Shown: positions 11,626-24,857 of the stretch, piece after piece
Position numbering within the stretch: the stretch's first letter is position 1
Layout: each line of letters starts with the position of its first letter
Origin: Nemertoderma westbladi
Taxonomy: Eukaryota > Animalia > Xenacoelomorpha
DNA: 64,000 bases
Assembly (NCBI GenBank): GCA_032718475.1
Contig: JAUCBJ010003349.1
Coordinates: 1 to 64,000, forward strand
Direction: 5' to 3'
Translations under genes and position numbers: made by a program
The notes under the pieces: model-generated
Databases searched by the model: none
Seen by the model: only the letters and a program-made list of their open reading frames with translations
Told to the model about the DNA's origin: nothing

Positions 11626-14600
11626 CCGCTCCCAGAAAATGGGATTTTCAGTCTATAAAATATAAAAATCACAGTTTCTAAAACATAAAGATACTCTAAA
11701 CAGTTCGTTTTTCTTGCGCGGACGGCGTTCACGCAGTTTCCCGAGGCCAGCAAGAGTCCTTTTCTCTTTGGGGCGAGCCACTTTACTAGAAAGGCTATAA
11801 CTCCTGGGTAAAGGGTGCAATACAATTGCATTAGAAGGTTTGGGTTTACGGTCGGTGTCTCGTCCATTTCGATATGCTTCTCCTCGAGCTGATTTTCCTC
11901 CGCTTGTCATGGGATATGTTCGTCCAAAACTCTCGCAGAGAATAGGGTTTTCTAAGCTTGATATCTTCTTAGAGATTCGAGATTTCCCAATCGAACTGAG
12001 ATAAGGCCAATTCGTTTATCGATTGGACTTACTGTTATAACTTACGTTTATCTGAACAAACGCAGGTTTCTTTTTTGATCTTTATAGAATAGCGTTTAAC
12101 TCGTTTCGTACAACGCTCTCCTTCACCTTGATGAAGGGTTGTATCGCGTTAAACGGGGACGACCATACGGTTGGATAGTGATATTAGGTGTCCGCATCAC
12201 AATCCGGCTAGGTAAGATGGGCGGCTAGCTAGAAATCACTGTCGGAGTGTTACCGATTAATTGTTAGGGTAGCACTAGATCTTTGAACAGTGAATACAGT
12301 CCGCGAGGATCCGCGACACCACCAGGATCGCAGGTCTGAGGTCCAACTAAGGAATGAGGAGGTTTGACCGAGTATTCCGGGACTCTGATCGTAGGTTTAC
12401 TCCAGGATCGTTCGAGCCAAGTGAGCATAGGTGATACGTCAAACAAGTTTCGCTCGAAACTCCAGTAAATATAATGAGCACAACTGTGTTTAACACAACG
12501 TTTCCGTGGATGTTTATGTCTTTCCGTTTATTGGCTGGGTCTAGGGCATTTATCGTAATAATACCAAAGACGCACGTCTGGTAGGGGAAACGCGGATGAT
12601 ATTTATTTGTTGTTACAATGCTTCTATCAAGAATTCCAAATATATGTTGGAGTTACCGCGTTTATTTGTTTCTTTAATGTCTTTTCTTTCGAGTCGATTT
12701 CGAATAGGATTTTCGCATTATAATTTTGGTTTATCGTTTCGACTCCTCTGGGTAGGATATGTTCGACATAGTCCGTATCGTGTAAATCGATAGAATGGCC
12801 AATGGTTAAGAAGTCCATATACATACCATTACAATGCGTGTAGCGAGCGGTGAATTTTCCATAGTCCAATTCACGCGTAAGTTACTTCCAGGAAATCGTA
12901 GGTTCGATATAACGACCATCATCCTTCGTAGTAGTTGGACTAGTATCACCGCGTATCAAGCTATCAACAAACGCTTGAAAGTAGAGTATATCGCTCCCTG
13001 ATACCAAGACCATCTTCTATCAACTCCGTCATATCTGCTATATATGAGTTTATTAATATTATAATGAGTTTATATTTAGGCTAGCGAGCGTCGCTGCCTA
13101 CCCCAATCAGCCCCCGGACAGTGCGAGATCCTCAGCGCCGATGTGTCGTCGCCGCTGTACTTTCGCCAACGACGTAGCCGCACAACGACAACGACAACCG
13201 GCACAAGTCACTCGACTGTCCGTCCCAAAGGCTTAGATACACCTCAGGTTCTTACTGGAGAGTTAGGGTTACTTTCACAATTGCGACTCGCTACTGTAAA
13301 CACACCTTAGTAGTAACATTCGCCTATAAACTCACAAATACCACACACACAACTTGTCACAAATTACACACACTCGGGCCATTTGTCCGTTAGTCAATGC
13401 CTTCCAGAATGTCACTGTATTATTATGTATCCTTGGATACTAGCAGTGCGCTATTTATTCCCTATGCTATTCAATGGGACAAGCTTTCTATTGTTCTTTT
13501 AACTCAATACTAATTCTAGCGTGGTTGTTGCTATGGTGACATTATGTAAAGCTAGCGGTAGAATTAGGGTAATTCCAATGCATACAGATCTGGGATGTTA
13601 TTTAATAGTAATTCTTTAATGGTCAATGTCCTGTTTTATACATGGCTTTATGAATTTTATCGGCTATTGACTATGTTTGGGAGACTTTCGCACACTCATA
13701 CGCATAATAAGATAAATCTCCGCTCCCTTGATCTATTAATTAATGGAATTTTGGGAATGTTATAAATTGCGTAAAAATGGCAATTTATTAAATTCATTAA
13801 AAGGCATGAATTTAAATTTATTCCCTGAAATTTTATTATTTGATAATTAAATTGACATATTTTGATTCTAGAACATGTCTGGGGACACAAGATCCTTAAT
13901 TCTATGAAAATTGTCTTTTTAAGAATATCAGTAAATGCTACGATATCTTAATTGACTAGAATTGTTGAAGGATCTGAATTTTACAGATTTTGATTTATTA
14001 GATTTGCAAATATTAAATAATTAATATTTGAGATGGGCACCGATTTATTCCAGAACTTGTCTGGGGACGTTAACCACTGATTCTAGAATTTGTCTTTCAA
14101 GTATATCGGTAGGTGCCGCGATGTCTTAATCGACTAGAATTACAGATGGTCAAAGGGTTTAACAGATTTATTTTGCGTTATACGCTACTGTTAAAGGGAC
14201 ATCACGCTACTATATGTAATATTTAATATACGGTATGAGAGCAATATCGCACGAAGCAATGTCAGTGTGAAGAGGCAAGTCGTTTCCAAGGTCTACCCAG
14301 AGCTTGGTTTAGCCGAGACACGAGGATCTGAACTTTGCATTCCTAATACTCTGCCTACCAATAATACTTGAATATAGTAGTGGCTTTATTGTACTTTAAT
14401 AAGTACGGATATGTCATCTTACTGTAGTTACGTATTTGTAATGTAATACGGACAGTAAGGAAGGAGGAAAATAATTATTTCTCGCCGTCGCACTAAATAT
14501 AATATATACGTAATTAAGTAATAAACGCGAATATATATTGCACTAATCTAATAAATAATCGCTAAAATAACATTCTACTAAATGAAATTAAAGAAAACGA

Positions 14601-14691
14601 TTATAATAAAATTACATAATAATACATACATAATATAAAATAATAAAAATAAATATAAAATAATATAGTCACACACCCACTCCGTATGTTG

Positions 14692-17600
14692 TTATGTTAT
14701 GGAGTCCCTAGATATTTGTTGGATTAGGGAGGTGGTCGTGGGAAGAGTATCTTGCCTTCCATAGTTTCCGGACAGTTTTCGGTCTCTTTCCAGTAAACAT
14801 AAACGACCAGCTGGGCGATTGAGTGGTTGTGTTACTTTCTCCGCTCCCTTGGCCTGTCTAATCTTCATCGGGCTAAGATGAGGAGGCCATTCATCTTCTT
14901 TACTTAGGAAGTCGGGTCCACCTAACCGGTCTGGAGTATCTGTAAGTTCTTGAGGAGTTGCTCCTCTGGAAGCGATGTTGGCTAGATTGATCGTCTCGGG
15001 GCAATGTCTCCATTGATCTACATTGGAGTTGATGTCGTCATTATCTGAGGAGTATGGTATTCCCTCAGTTGGGTCGTCAACTTCACTGCTCTCCACTTCC
15101 CGTTCACTTAATTGATATACCTGTTCTTTTGGTAATCTTTCCATAAGAGTTCTACGAGAAGGGCCAGTAAAGTACCAACCTACTCTAGTTCTTCCCGCAT
15201 AAACTTGTAGAGGTTGCGGTTGAGCAGGCCGTTTCTCCAATGTCTCGAGCGCTTCATGCGCATTTTGACCGATGAGTATTTGGACTCCAGGGTAATCGGT
15301 GTTAAATCTAGGTATTCCAAACTGCTGGGTGAAATCGTCCTCATCCCAGTTATAAGGTTCCACTTGGCTGGTCGCGAAGTTCTTTATTGCTACCATTTTC
15401 ACTGACCTTATACTATGTTTTCCTAGTTCATCCTGGGGTGTGGACAATGCGCCTACATAATAATCCGCTGTTACGGTGGATTTCCAAACTTGCATTATTC
15501 CTGACATGTTTAGCTTAGTTCGGTATTTGGGTTGTCCAGCAAAGATGTCCTCGGCTATTTCTTTGTCGATGAATGTTCCTGTGCTACCGGAGTCAAGGAG
15601 GGCGTTCACTACATAACTCCTTTTAGGTCCATGGACCCTTACTTGTACTACAGGAAATTCTCGGATTCCTACATTGGAAGGTGGCGCTTTCCAATATGGT
15701 TGTCGATCAGAAGTAGTTAGGGTTAGGTCGCTGTCTGTGTCCTTTTCATACGTAAGTGCTCGATACACTGCGGTATTTGTCAGGTAACAGGATTCGTTTT
15801 CGTCGGAGAACTCGTCCGTATAGAATCCTTCCATCTCAGATTGATCAGTGTCGTTCACATCACTGAATTGGACATGTAGTTCGGACTCACTTACCTGACT
15901 CGGGCTGTTTTGTTCGAATTCCGTGTGCAACAAGATATGATGTTTTGCGCCGCACTTTGCACACCTTGCGTCGGAGTAACAGGTTCGCCGTTGGTGTCCT
16001 CGTCTGAGGCAATTATAACACAACCGCTTATCCCTCATGACTTCACGTCTATCCTTTAGTGATTTCCTCAGGAATTTATCACACGCATTTAAACGGTGGG
16101 GCCCATCGCACAGCACACATTTGGGCTTGATGTTACTTACTTTAACATGTGCTGTGTGGTGCACGTTCGTTCTTTCCTCGGGATTTCTTACATGAATTCT
16201 CTTAGGAGACGTAGGAGGAGTTTTTCTTACCTGTTCTCTCCTGTCATTGGTTCGAGACTTGAATTTACTTATGTCCTTTAGGATTTTATTGTCATAGTAA
16301 GATCTTTCAGTGTCTTTTCCGCTGTCTTCCTCTTGAGAAGCCTGGCTTTCGCCGTCGTCTGTATAACAAACTGGTATTACCTTTCTCCTAGAAACGGGTT
16401 TCTCACTTACCTTGTTTTCCGGTGTCTTCTCTCTAGACTGTTTTAGGAGCTGTAATTTCACTTCTCCATCTAGGAATGACATGAGATCAGCCATGGTAGG
16501 GTCTCGTTGTTGCTGTTCCATCATATATAACACCTTCTTGTCCCAGCGTGTACCTACTCCACCCTTTGGTAAAGTAGATGCTAAGGCTCCTACAACCATA
16601 GAGTTCTGGTATTCATGAGACTTACCTAACCAATCTAGCTGTCTACAGATCTCCTGAATCTCATCGGAAAATTATATAATCCCGCTGCTAAGAAACTTTT
16701 GGGGCGCCATTAATTTCGCATATAAATACCTAGCTATGTTAGTCTTATTACCATACCTGATGTTTAGTGTATCCCAAACTTGTCTTAATCCGTCTGGATG
16801 TCCAATAAACTTTAACGCCATTAACTTGGGAGATCCTTCCAAGCACTCGATGAGGAATCTAAGTTTCTCTCCATTAGATAGTACAGAGTTCTGAATGTTA
16901 TCTTTATAATATTCATTAAAAGGTAACCATTTATCTCATCTCCATTGAACTTGACGATCTCTCCCACCTTTACCGCTTGCCGGGCTTCGGTTCTAGCCAT
17001 TTGACGCGTAAAACTTTCTTGGGCCATCGTGTTATTTAATATCGAGTTATCGGTATATAAATTTCTCGGATTATGATCAGGTCTATAGGGAATGTCATTA
17101 TCAACAGGTCTATAATTACCCTTAATAGGGTTCACTATAGGAGTTTCTACTTTGCTAGCAGTATATATGCGTGTAGGCTCCATACCTTGCGCATGAGATA
17201 CTTCAGACCTAACAGGTTGACACATTGTTACCGAGGGTGGTGGTATACCCCTTTGTGTATTTACTAATTTATCGCGTTCTAGCGCGATACTTTGCTGCAC
17301 TTCTTGCAACTCTAGCCTACTTTCCCTTACTGTGCCCTTGAATTGCTGAACAGTCTCCTGCATCTGCCCGAGCAGGAGATCCATCCCCCGCCGTCTCTCG
17401 TCCACCCATTCGACTGCCGAAGCGGGAGTCGCCAACGTTGTAGCGGGCGGACGAGGGACAACGGGCGACAAATCATGAATATTTCGCTCGGGGTCCAGGA
17501 CCTGAACTGTCTCATGGGCTGTTCTACTGGGCACAGGTAGCTTAGTGCTGTGCAGAGGGAATTTAGAGGTAGTTTTAGGGAGCACAGGTGTGTCTATCAC

Positions 17601-19379
17601 CGAAGGGGTGATTTCAAGAACAGGCCTAATTATTTCAGGCTCATCTACTATAGTAGGGAGTCTTTCTATTTTAATTATTTGGTCTGTGGGTTCTGTACTA
17701 CCTAAGTTGGTGTTATTTAGTTGCCTTCTAACAGCTGGAGGCAAATCAGGCAATTTCTGACGGTGGGATGTTCTTTTACGTCTGCTTAGACGAGATCTAT
17801 TTCCTTTGCCTTCATTATCGGTGGTATCGCCTTCCTCAGATGATGTATATCCCTGTCTTTTGGGAGTAGATCGATTCATCATCTGCATATTACTAGCTGC
17901 TAACTGTTTATTTATGCAGTCTTGATTCTCCTGAATGTTTTCCAATTCTAATTGGGTGATTTCTTCCGCCGCTCTCCGTTCTGCTTCTGCCACTGCCATG
18001 GCCGCCTTTCTTTTCATTTCGGCTGCTTTTCTTTTCGCTTCTGCCTCTGCCGCTGCCGCTGCCGCTTTTCTTTCCATTTCGGCTGCTTTCCTTTTTGCTT
18101 CTGCCTCTGCCGCTGCCGCTGCCGCTTTCCTTTCCATTTCGTCGGCTTTACTTTCCTCTTCGGCTGCTTTCCTTTCAGCTTCGGCAGCTGCTACTGCTGC
18201 TTTCTTTCTGTCTTCTATACGTTTTTTCTTTACTTGTTCTTCTTGGACTCGTGTGATGCGGAGTTGTTCATCAAATTTAGCCTGGTTCGCAGCCCTCATT
18301 TCCATATCGATGGCATCCAACACACGCTGAGTTCCTTCACTATTAGGGCTAAGTCCATCTAACCTTCTCCTCAACTCGTCATCACCTAAAAAACGTTGAT
18401 AGTCTGACAGATAGATGTCAATGGCATCCCTCTTATGCGGCTTCTCTGCCGTCGCTTCACTTTCCACTTGGGAAAAAGTAGCGTCTGTTGATTCTCCATG
18501 GGTTGAGCGCTCCTCCAGCTGAGCTTTCCACTGAGCCGTTCCTTGAACCTGGAGACTCACCCGTTGAAACCAAGTCTTTACGGCAACTTGCAACGACGTG
18601 TCTTGTCTTCGTTTAGAAGCCTCTTCAAAGGCCGATAATATTAGCCTGATTCGTAGAATTCTTTCTCTAACTTGATAAAGCAGCGGTCCCTGCTCTTGAG
18701 GTCCTTGAGTTTGTTGAAACAGTTGTTCTTTTACTCGCTCCATAGAGCTGAAGAATCCCTGTGCGTATCCGGCTGCGGACCTCTTCCACACAGCTGGATC
18801 AATGGTTTCCTTGGCTACTCCCATCCGGTGTATGTCTTCCCAGGCAGCTTCTGATAAATCAAACGGGAGTCCGGGTCCGGGGAAGTTCCATTGCGACTCG
18901 ACAATAGACTTCAGTTCTTCCCTTGTGTATCCCGCATAACTATCTTTAGTCGATCGCTTACTTCTCGCCCAATCGATCTGGTGTTCTTCCACCGCAATCA
19001 ATAACCTAGTGAGTAGGGCTGCAGGAAGGATGAGAAGGGGGTCCGAATAAACCGCATCCGTCATCTTTGCTCCGCGCTCGGGTGTCAGCTCTACAGTATC
19101 CTCACTACTGGAGCTGTCGGGCCGCTGAGAAATAAGTTCTTGGCTCGCGGGTTGTTGTTGTTCCGCTGCTTCTTGGTCCCGCTTGACCTGAGCTCGAGTG
19201 CCTATGATAGACCTATGGTGTTGGACCAGCCTAGGATCTGATATTACTACTGGAGGGATGACCTTCCTCACAGTGGGAGGTGAACTGAACTTAGGACTAG
19301 ACGGTTCTACACTTCTATCTGAGCCGCAGATAGTTACATCTAATAAACTGTCTGACAGGTTCTGCTTAGTATCAGACAT
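14692..19379 (-). pseudogene. gag: BEL gag-protease polyprotein with a long N-terminal extension; one frameshift (~16930) and one stop (~16675); RT, most of RNase H and integrase absent
   Basis: DUF1759-like KFNGD..KWLPF..EKLRFLIECLEG..LNIRYGN. Knuckles CVLCDGPHRLNAC, CYNCLRRGHQRRTC and CAKCGAKHHILLH. Protease ALLDSGSTGTFI. Then only the RNase H-tail remnant QWRHCP..NLANIASRG..GPDFL..EWP. Confidence 0.88.
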
Positions 19380-21353
19380 GTTTGTGTGTACAGTTGAATG
19401 CCTACTGCTATATTACAGTCTAAGCAAGTCTAGTAATTCAGTATTAACTGCTAGCCTAGTAATTAATTACCGATACTGCTACTCAGTGTAGCGTGATATA
19501 TATATAATATATTAGAATACCGGTATGCTTATAGTATATATAACTATATAAGTATTATTACAGACTAGGTTTATCACAGAATACTGGTATAATTTTAGCA
19601 CAAATATATATAAATATATAATAGGCCTATCGGGAATACCGGTATACAGCTTACAGTTTGTAGTATATATAAGTATAATTCTGGACTAGAATTAATTACA
19701 AAGTACCGGTATAATTTCAGCCTAAATTTATAGAAATAAAGATAATAGGTCTATTGTAAATACTGGTATATCAATTATTTTAAATAATTGAATTTCTGAA
19801 TTTTAGGGTTACTTGGTTACTTTACTTACTTTATTACCGTTATTTGAGCAGTAGTCCAACTGATATTGAGACCTAATGGTTGTATGGTAGGCCTACTATT
19901 TATAAATCGTTAGATTTGATTTATAATATATATATACCCGTTTAATGGGTTTTGTCAGTATTTGAAATAAATGTTATTATTTCTGGGAAGGAGTCACTAC
20001 ACAGAAGCTGTGCGCTCTCAGTGAAGTGCTACTTGTTGGACTCTAAAACAAATAATTCTAATTTACCTAAGTTACTTAATACTACAAATTACGTACAATT
20101 CGGGTGAGATTACAATCTCTAAATAAACACAAAAATTTACAAAAAACACAAATACGAATTTTTAGGGTAATTTTACAAGAAGTCTACAAACCAGCCTAAC
20201 AAAGGGTTAGAAATCTGGTTATTACAACGGACAGGGTACTACGGTATTTGAAAATAATAAGTAGTAGTAAATACACTGCGTTGTCCAGATAGGAAAATAC
20301 CACCGCCTGACGACCTATAGCCGTATCGCTATAGGTACTACGTTATGTATCACGGAGTGTCCCTACCTTGAAGCTAATTACCGCGGTCTACCAGAACCAA
20401 CGTGCCTATTAACCACTTTACAACACAAATATACTGCCTACACACTAATTACCTTCGGAAAGCACTGTACACTAAACCCTAAATTAGGTACGAGTACTTG
20501 TACAACAGATAATCAGTAGTTAAAAATACTTGAACAGCCAAAAGAACCACGGCATCTGCTGGAGTGACCGGTGCACAAAATCACCAGTCTTTACCTACGC
20601 CAAGCAGCCCGTGTAGTACCGGGGTTAATTTAACTATAGCGGTATGTATAACAAGCACAATTACTGTAGGAATAAACTTGGGGACATGAATGTTGCGAAT
20701 AATCGCATAAACTCTGAATAATAAATATTACGCAATGCGTACAAACTACTCAAACAAAATGCAGACTAAATGCTGACAGACTACTATCAAGCCTAAATAA
20801 ACCACAGTACATGCAGACTCCAAAATGGTTAGTTAGTATGCGCGCTAACCGAGTAGTACGACTTATTCTTTAAGAGGGGGTTTACCTCACAGCACTGGAA
20901 GCCCCTACTTACTAACTGGCACTTTATTGGACATACACTCTACACACACTACAGTCCTTCAGACTTAACAACAGTCAGACAACAGCTCAGCCTACAAATT
21001 CTCTATACAATCTGAACAGGCTTACACGCCTTCTGCTCAATATTGGCCTACAAACAAATAAAACTGACAGAAATAAGTAAACCATACAAAGGAATAAGGG
21101 GTGATCAATCCCTAATCCCTTAGCAGCCTACAATATACAATATATCACAATCGAAATAATACTGCTGTACCTGTACTGCAGTAAGTACCGGTACGGGTGA
21201 TCAGGCAGTCAGGCCTACTGGTTAACGGTCGACCGGTACTTTAGCTTTATTGCCTACCGCAATACAGAAGCAATATCTGCTATTGTTCTTTACCAGAACA
21301 ATATTAAACTGCATTTAGTGCCTACACTGCAACACAGACTAGATATCCGTTAT

Positions 21354-22574
21354 TGTTCGCGCTTTCAGACCTTTGGCAGTTTAACCCGCCAAATTAGGAT
21401 GTCTTCTAGATAATAAATCGCTTTTAGCCTCTGACAAGTATTTGATTCACTACACTAGTTGAAACCAATCCGTGCGCGATCATTCACCCGCTGGATATAC
21501 CCGGGAGATTGACTTCGACGGCTTAATCTTATTGCTATGTAAGCCTAATGTATTATTCGACTGACAGTATTATATAATCTCTGACAATATTATTCACCTT
21601 CGGGGAATATTAACAGTTCCCTTTGGACGTGGCGCTCTATCTATATAAACAGAGCTATGACTTAAACTACATGCAACTATATGGCTCAGTTATAATTCAC
21701 ATATATGGCGCATTCTTTAGGAAATGCTTCGTTATCAGTCTCACTCATACACAATGCTGCACAATACTGCACACTGATCTGCCGATCTTCACTGATTTTA
21801 GTCACATATAAAAGGAACACAGACCGACTCATGTAGGGTCTATCAGATAACATTAGATTCACTTCAAACCACTTTAACATAAGTCACAATCGTTATATGT
21901 AACCTGTCTCTCTTACCTTCGGTATATCAAGAATATTGGGTTTTCGGGGTTATTTCTCGTTATTCCAAATATAATATTTAATCAACCATATAATGAAGAA
22001 CCGACAGTAAATAGCAGTATAACAGTATAAAAGAATGATAAGTTAAGTTTGAGAGTTGATGTGATGGTGTGATCAGATTTGTTATGAGTTTTGATGAGAT
22101 AACGGATATATGTCCTTATAATTAAGCCTACTAGTGTTAGGCTAAAAGCAGAAAAACACAAATATTCCAAAAGCCGTTCTTTCCTGGCTCAGGACAGAAT
22201 GATAACACTGCCCATAATGCATTGCGTGATTTCTCGGAAATTTCTGTACAAGAGCCGTAAAAACGCTCTGATTGGTTGACTAAACTAAGAGATGCCGTAG
22301 AACAAAGAAAATCGACACGTATGAATATCAGCTGTTAACCGTCGTCATAGTAACTACTGTTCAAGAGTATCTAGCCCCTTTTGCGTCACGGAATTGCCAT
22401 AGAATCACCAACCATGTCTTCCAAAGTACACATACGGAAGAAATAGCTCTTAGGTCCTCTAAAAAACACCGATACAGCAATGATACGGCCTCTTACGCCT
22501 ACTAAACCAACTACAGAGTATTTTACGGGAAAAATAAGGAAAAATAACCGGGCAATTCCGCAAAAGCTTTTACA
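21354..22574 (-). repeat. 5' LTR of the nested BEL element
   Basis: Direct repeat of 10540-11625, with an extra segment at ~21727-21870. Confidence 0.95.
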
Positions 22575-22579
22575 ACTTG

Positions 22580-22776
22580 CTCGGGCCTCAGTTGGACAGC
22601 TAGAGCCACGTCGAGAAACTTTAGAATCTAAAACATTTGATAGACGCATAAAGACGGTCTGCACTGAGATTACCAACCAACAGCGCACTGTGGAGAGCTT
22701 TCTCATTGGTGTCGGCGAGAACATAGAGTTATTAAAGAGAAGAAAGTCATTGTTTTCAAATATCAACCTTAAGTAA
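22580..22776 (+). pseudogene. MULE transposase C-terminal part
   Basis: Joins in frame across the TSD ACTTG: …DVQCQL|ARASVGQLEPRRE…NINLK*. Confidence 0.85.
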
Positions 22777-22927
22777 CGTAAGTAACGTTTTAGTTTAGTT
22801 TTAGTAACAATGTTATCATGTATTATTATGTGTATTGTATATTATGTTTATTAACTACAGTATTCATGAAAATTATAAGAATAGTTTATAATTCAACTGT
22901 GAAATTATTTAACAATTTTTTTATGCC

Positions 22928-23075
22928 GGGATACAACTTGTCCTTTTTTTTGGAAGACAAGTTGTATCCAGGAAAATTGGATACAAGATGTCTGGATACA
23001 ACTTGTCTGGATACAACTTGTCTGGATACAACTTGTCTGGATACAACTTGTCTGGGTTCAACTTGTCCTGTAACC
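22928..23075 (-). repeat. MULE right TIR with tandem 15-bp units (CTGGATACAACTTGT)
   Basis: Inverted match to 8780-8900, with more unit copies than the left TIR. Confidence 0.85.
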
Positions 23076-23084
23076 GATGGAATT

Positions 23085-23525
23085 ATCAAGAGAGGGTTGT
23101 TTGTTCTTCCTTCTAAACTTTGTAACAAGTTAACTGTGAAAATTAAAGGGTCTGGTCGACGGTATTGGCGTCCTTCCATTATGGATTGCAAAGAGTCGTT
23201 TATTATGGAAGCAGCAGATCATGCTGAAATGGATAAAAAGATAACGGAAATGGCGGACAAGTACCTTGAGAAGGGGCTTACTATTAATCCTTTCGTAGTC
23301 TACCATGTGGATACACAACAGGCTACTGTCATTTATAATGACATGCGTTTTGTTTGGTCAAGCATCGTTCAAGCTATCGACTTAACCTTCAAACTTGCTC
23401 ATGTGTGTAATCTACAGTACCAAGATGCTTGTCTACCGATCTGGTTATTCTTCGTGCGCTTATTTGGCATTCCTCCAACTGAAATATCGAAGGTCTCCAG
23501 CCTCTTGTCTGATTTGGAAATGTGA
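23085..23525 (+). pseudogene. 3' part of the same split gene
   Basis: In-frame continuation after the second TSD copy. The PFVV…AIDLTFKLAHVCNLQY..ACLPIWLF motif is typical of SAMD3-like/CMC-associated uncharacterised proteins (recognised from memory, not searched). Confidence 0.7.
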
Positions 23526-24478
23526 CAATGGTGTTATTTTATAAATATACGATTTTAATTGTTGACCTTCCCTATTGCAAGTTGATCGGATAAGTTTGCT
23601 ACTCGTAACTTTTGCATAATGTAGATAGAGATATATTTGAGGTTGCCAATTATAAATAAGGAATATTTTTATACGTATACGGATATAAGGGTATAATTAA
23701 TTACATACCCTTAAGCCAAAGGTGTTCTTCATTTTAATAAGGGGATATATATATATATATTAAATAAGTTTTTAATGGAATTATAGGTATAAATATTTTA
23801 ATTTTTCTGTACCCGTAATGCAAGTTTATTATTAAAAACAACATATTGCTAACATTTGAATTAAAGTATAGGCCTAGCGCCCTCTGCTATCTAATGAGTC
23901 GGGCCTTCGTGCAGTAAAGCGGCAACCCATATCAGCGAACAGTTATCCTTATATATACTATGGCTAGTTTATTTATTATTGGATATATTGGCTTCCGACA
24001 CAGACACCCACCCCGACTTTTGAAAAACGGCCATAGTATAATTATAAGAGTTCGCTGATGGATCGCAGTTTTGTCTCTCCCCCCACTATAGGCCTTGCGA
24101 TTGGTAATAATGAAATTATTTATTTGATAAACCAAAGTAAAATATTACAATTTTTAAGTTCTCGACCGCGAGTATACATATATAACAGATTTTTATATAA
24201 ATTTGTATTTATTATATACGTATAAAAATATATATATTTTATATATAATTGTCAACCCTAGTTTTATTCTCATGTTTTGGCTGTTAATGAGACGAGACTC
24301 GTTTAAATGCTGATTTTGTCTAATCTTTAAAATAATTGTTAATGTTTTGTCTGTGTTAAAATTGAAACGAATGTCAGTCAAGCTGTATTTTCATTAATCA
24401 TTTGATGGTAATGTGGTGGGTCGTGGGTCATATTAAGGTGATTTGCAAACACAAATATTTATATAATACATTATAAGG

Positions 24479-24789
24479 TGTATGTGGGGGAATCTACTCT
24501 CGGTCCCGCATACCTGTTAACGGGACGCCGTGCAGGCAATGTTGTAACGCCGAAACATGTAATGCCGGAGCAGATAAGTATAATAATATATAATGAATAT
24601 ATCGAATAAAGGTAGCCTACTGGGCTACACGGATCTAGGTCCAAACATAGTACTGCTGTACCGGTAGATATGACAGTCGGTACTGATATCCTAAGTATCT
24701 ACAGATGACAGACACAGTCAGACTCTCGGTCGTCATCCAAAGTGAAAGTAAGTAGTGCCGGTACTGGTACCATAGTCGCTATTGCCACA
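24479..24789 (-). repeat. Gypsy 3' LTR
   Basis: Direct repeat of 29372-29681 with about 7 differences. Confidence 0.95.
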
Positions 24790-24857
24790 CCCCCTTTCGA
24801 GCTCGGGTTAGCTGTCTGAGGCGGTGCCGAGCTAAAATTCGTTCATCAAAATTCATG

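Larger units (their letters stand above)
10540..22574 (-). mobile_element. Non-autonomous BEL/Pao LTR retrotransposon (12 kb, Gag and protease only)
   Basis: TG…CA LTRs at 10540-11625 and 21354-22574. 5-bp TSD ACTTG at 10535-10539 and 22575-22579. PPT-like CTGGGAGCGG next to the 3' LTR. BEL-type triple zinc-knuckle Gag. Confidence 0.93.
8780..23075 (+). mobile_element. Mutator-like (MULE) DNA transposon, ~2.3 kb once the nested BEL element is removed
   Basis: 9-bp TSD GATGGAATT at 8771-8779 and 23076-23084. TIRs GGTAAACGGACAGGTTGTATCCAGAC / reverse complement GGTTACAGGACAAGTTGAACCCAGAC. Encodes a FLYWCH plus MULE DDE transposase. Confidence 0.95.

Noticed and set aside
22818-23084. N-terminal part of the 235-aa ORF with CLDTT repeats, and the CIQTS repeats ending ORF 7694-8917
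   Set aside because: These are read-through into the 15-bp MULE TIR repeats, not part of the real protein.
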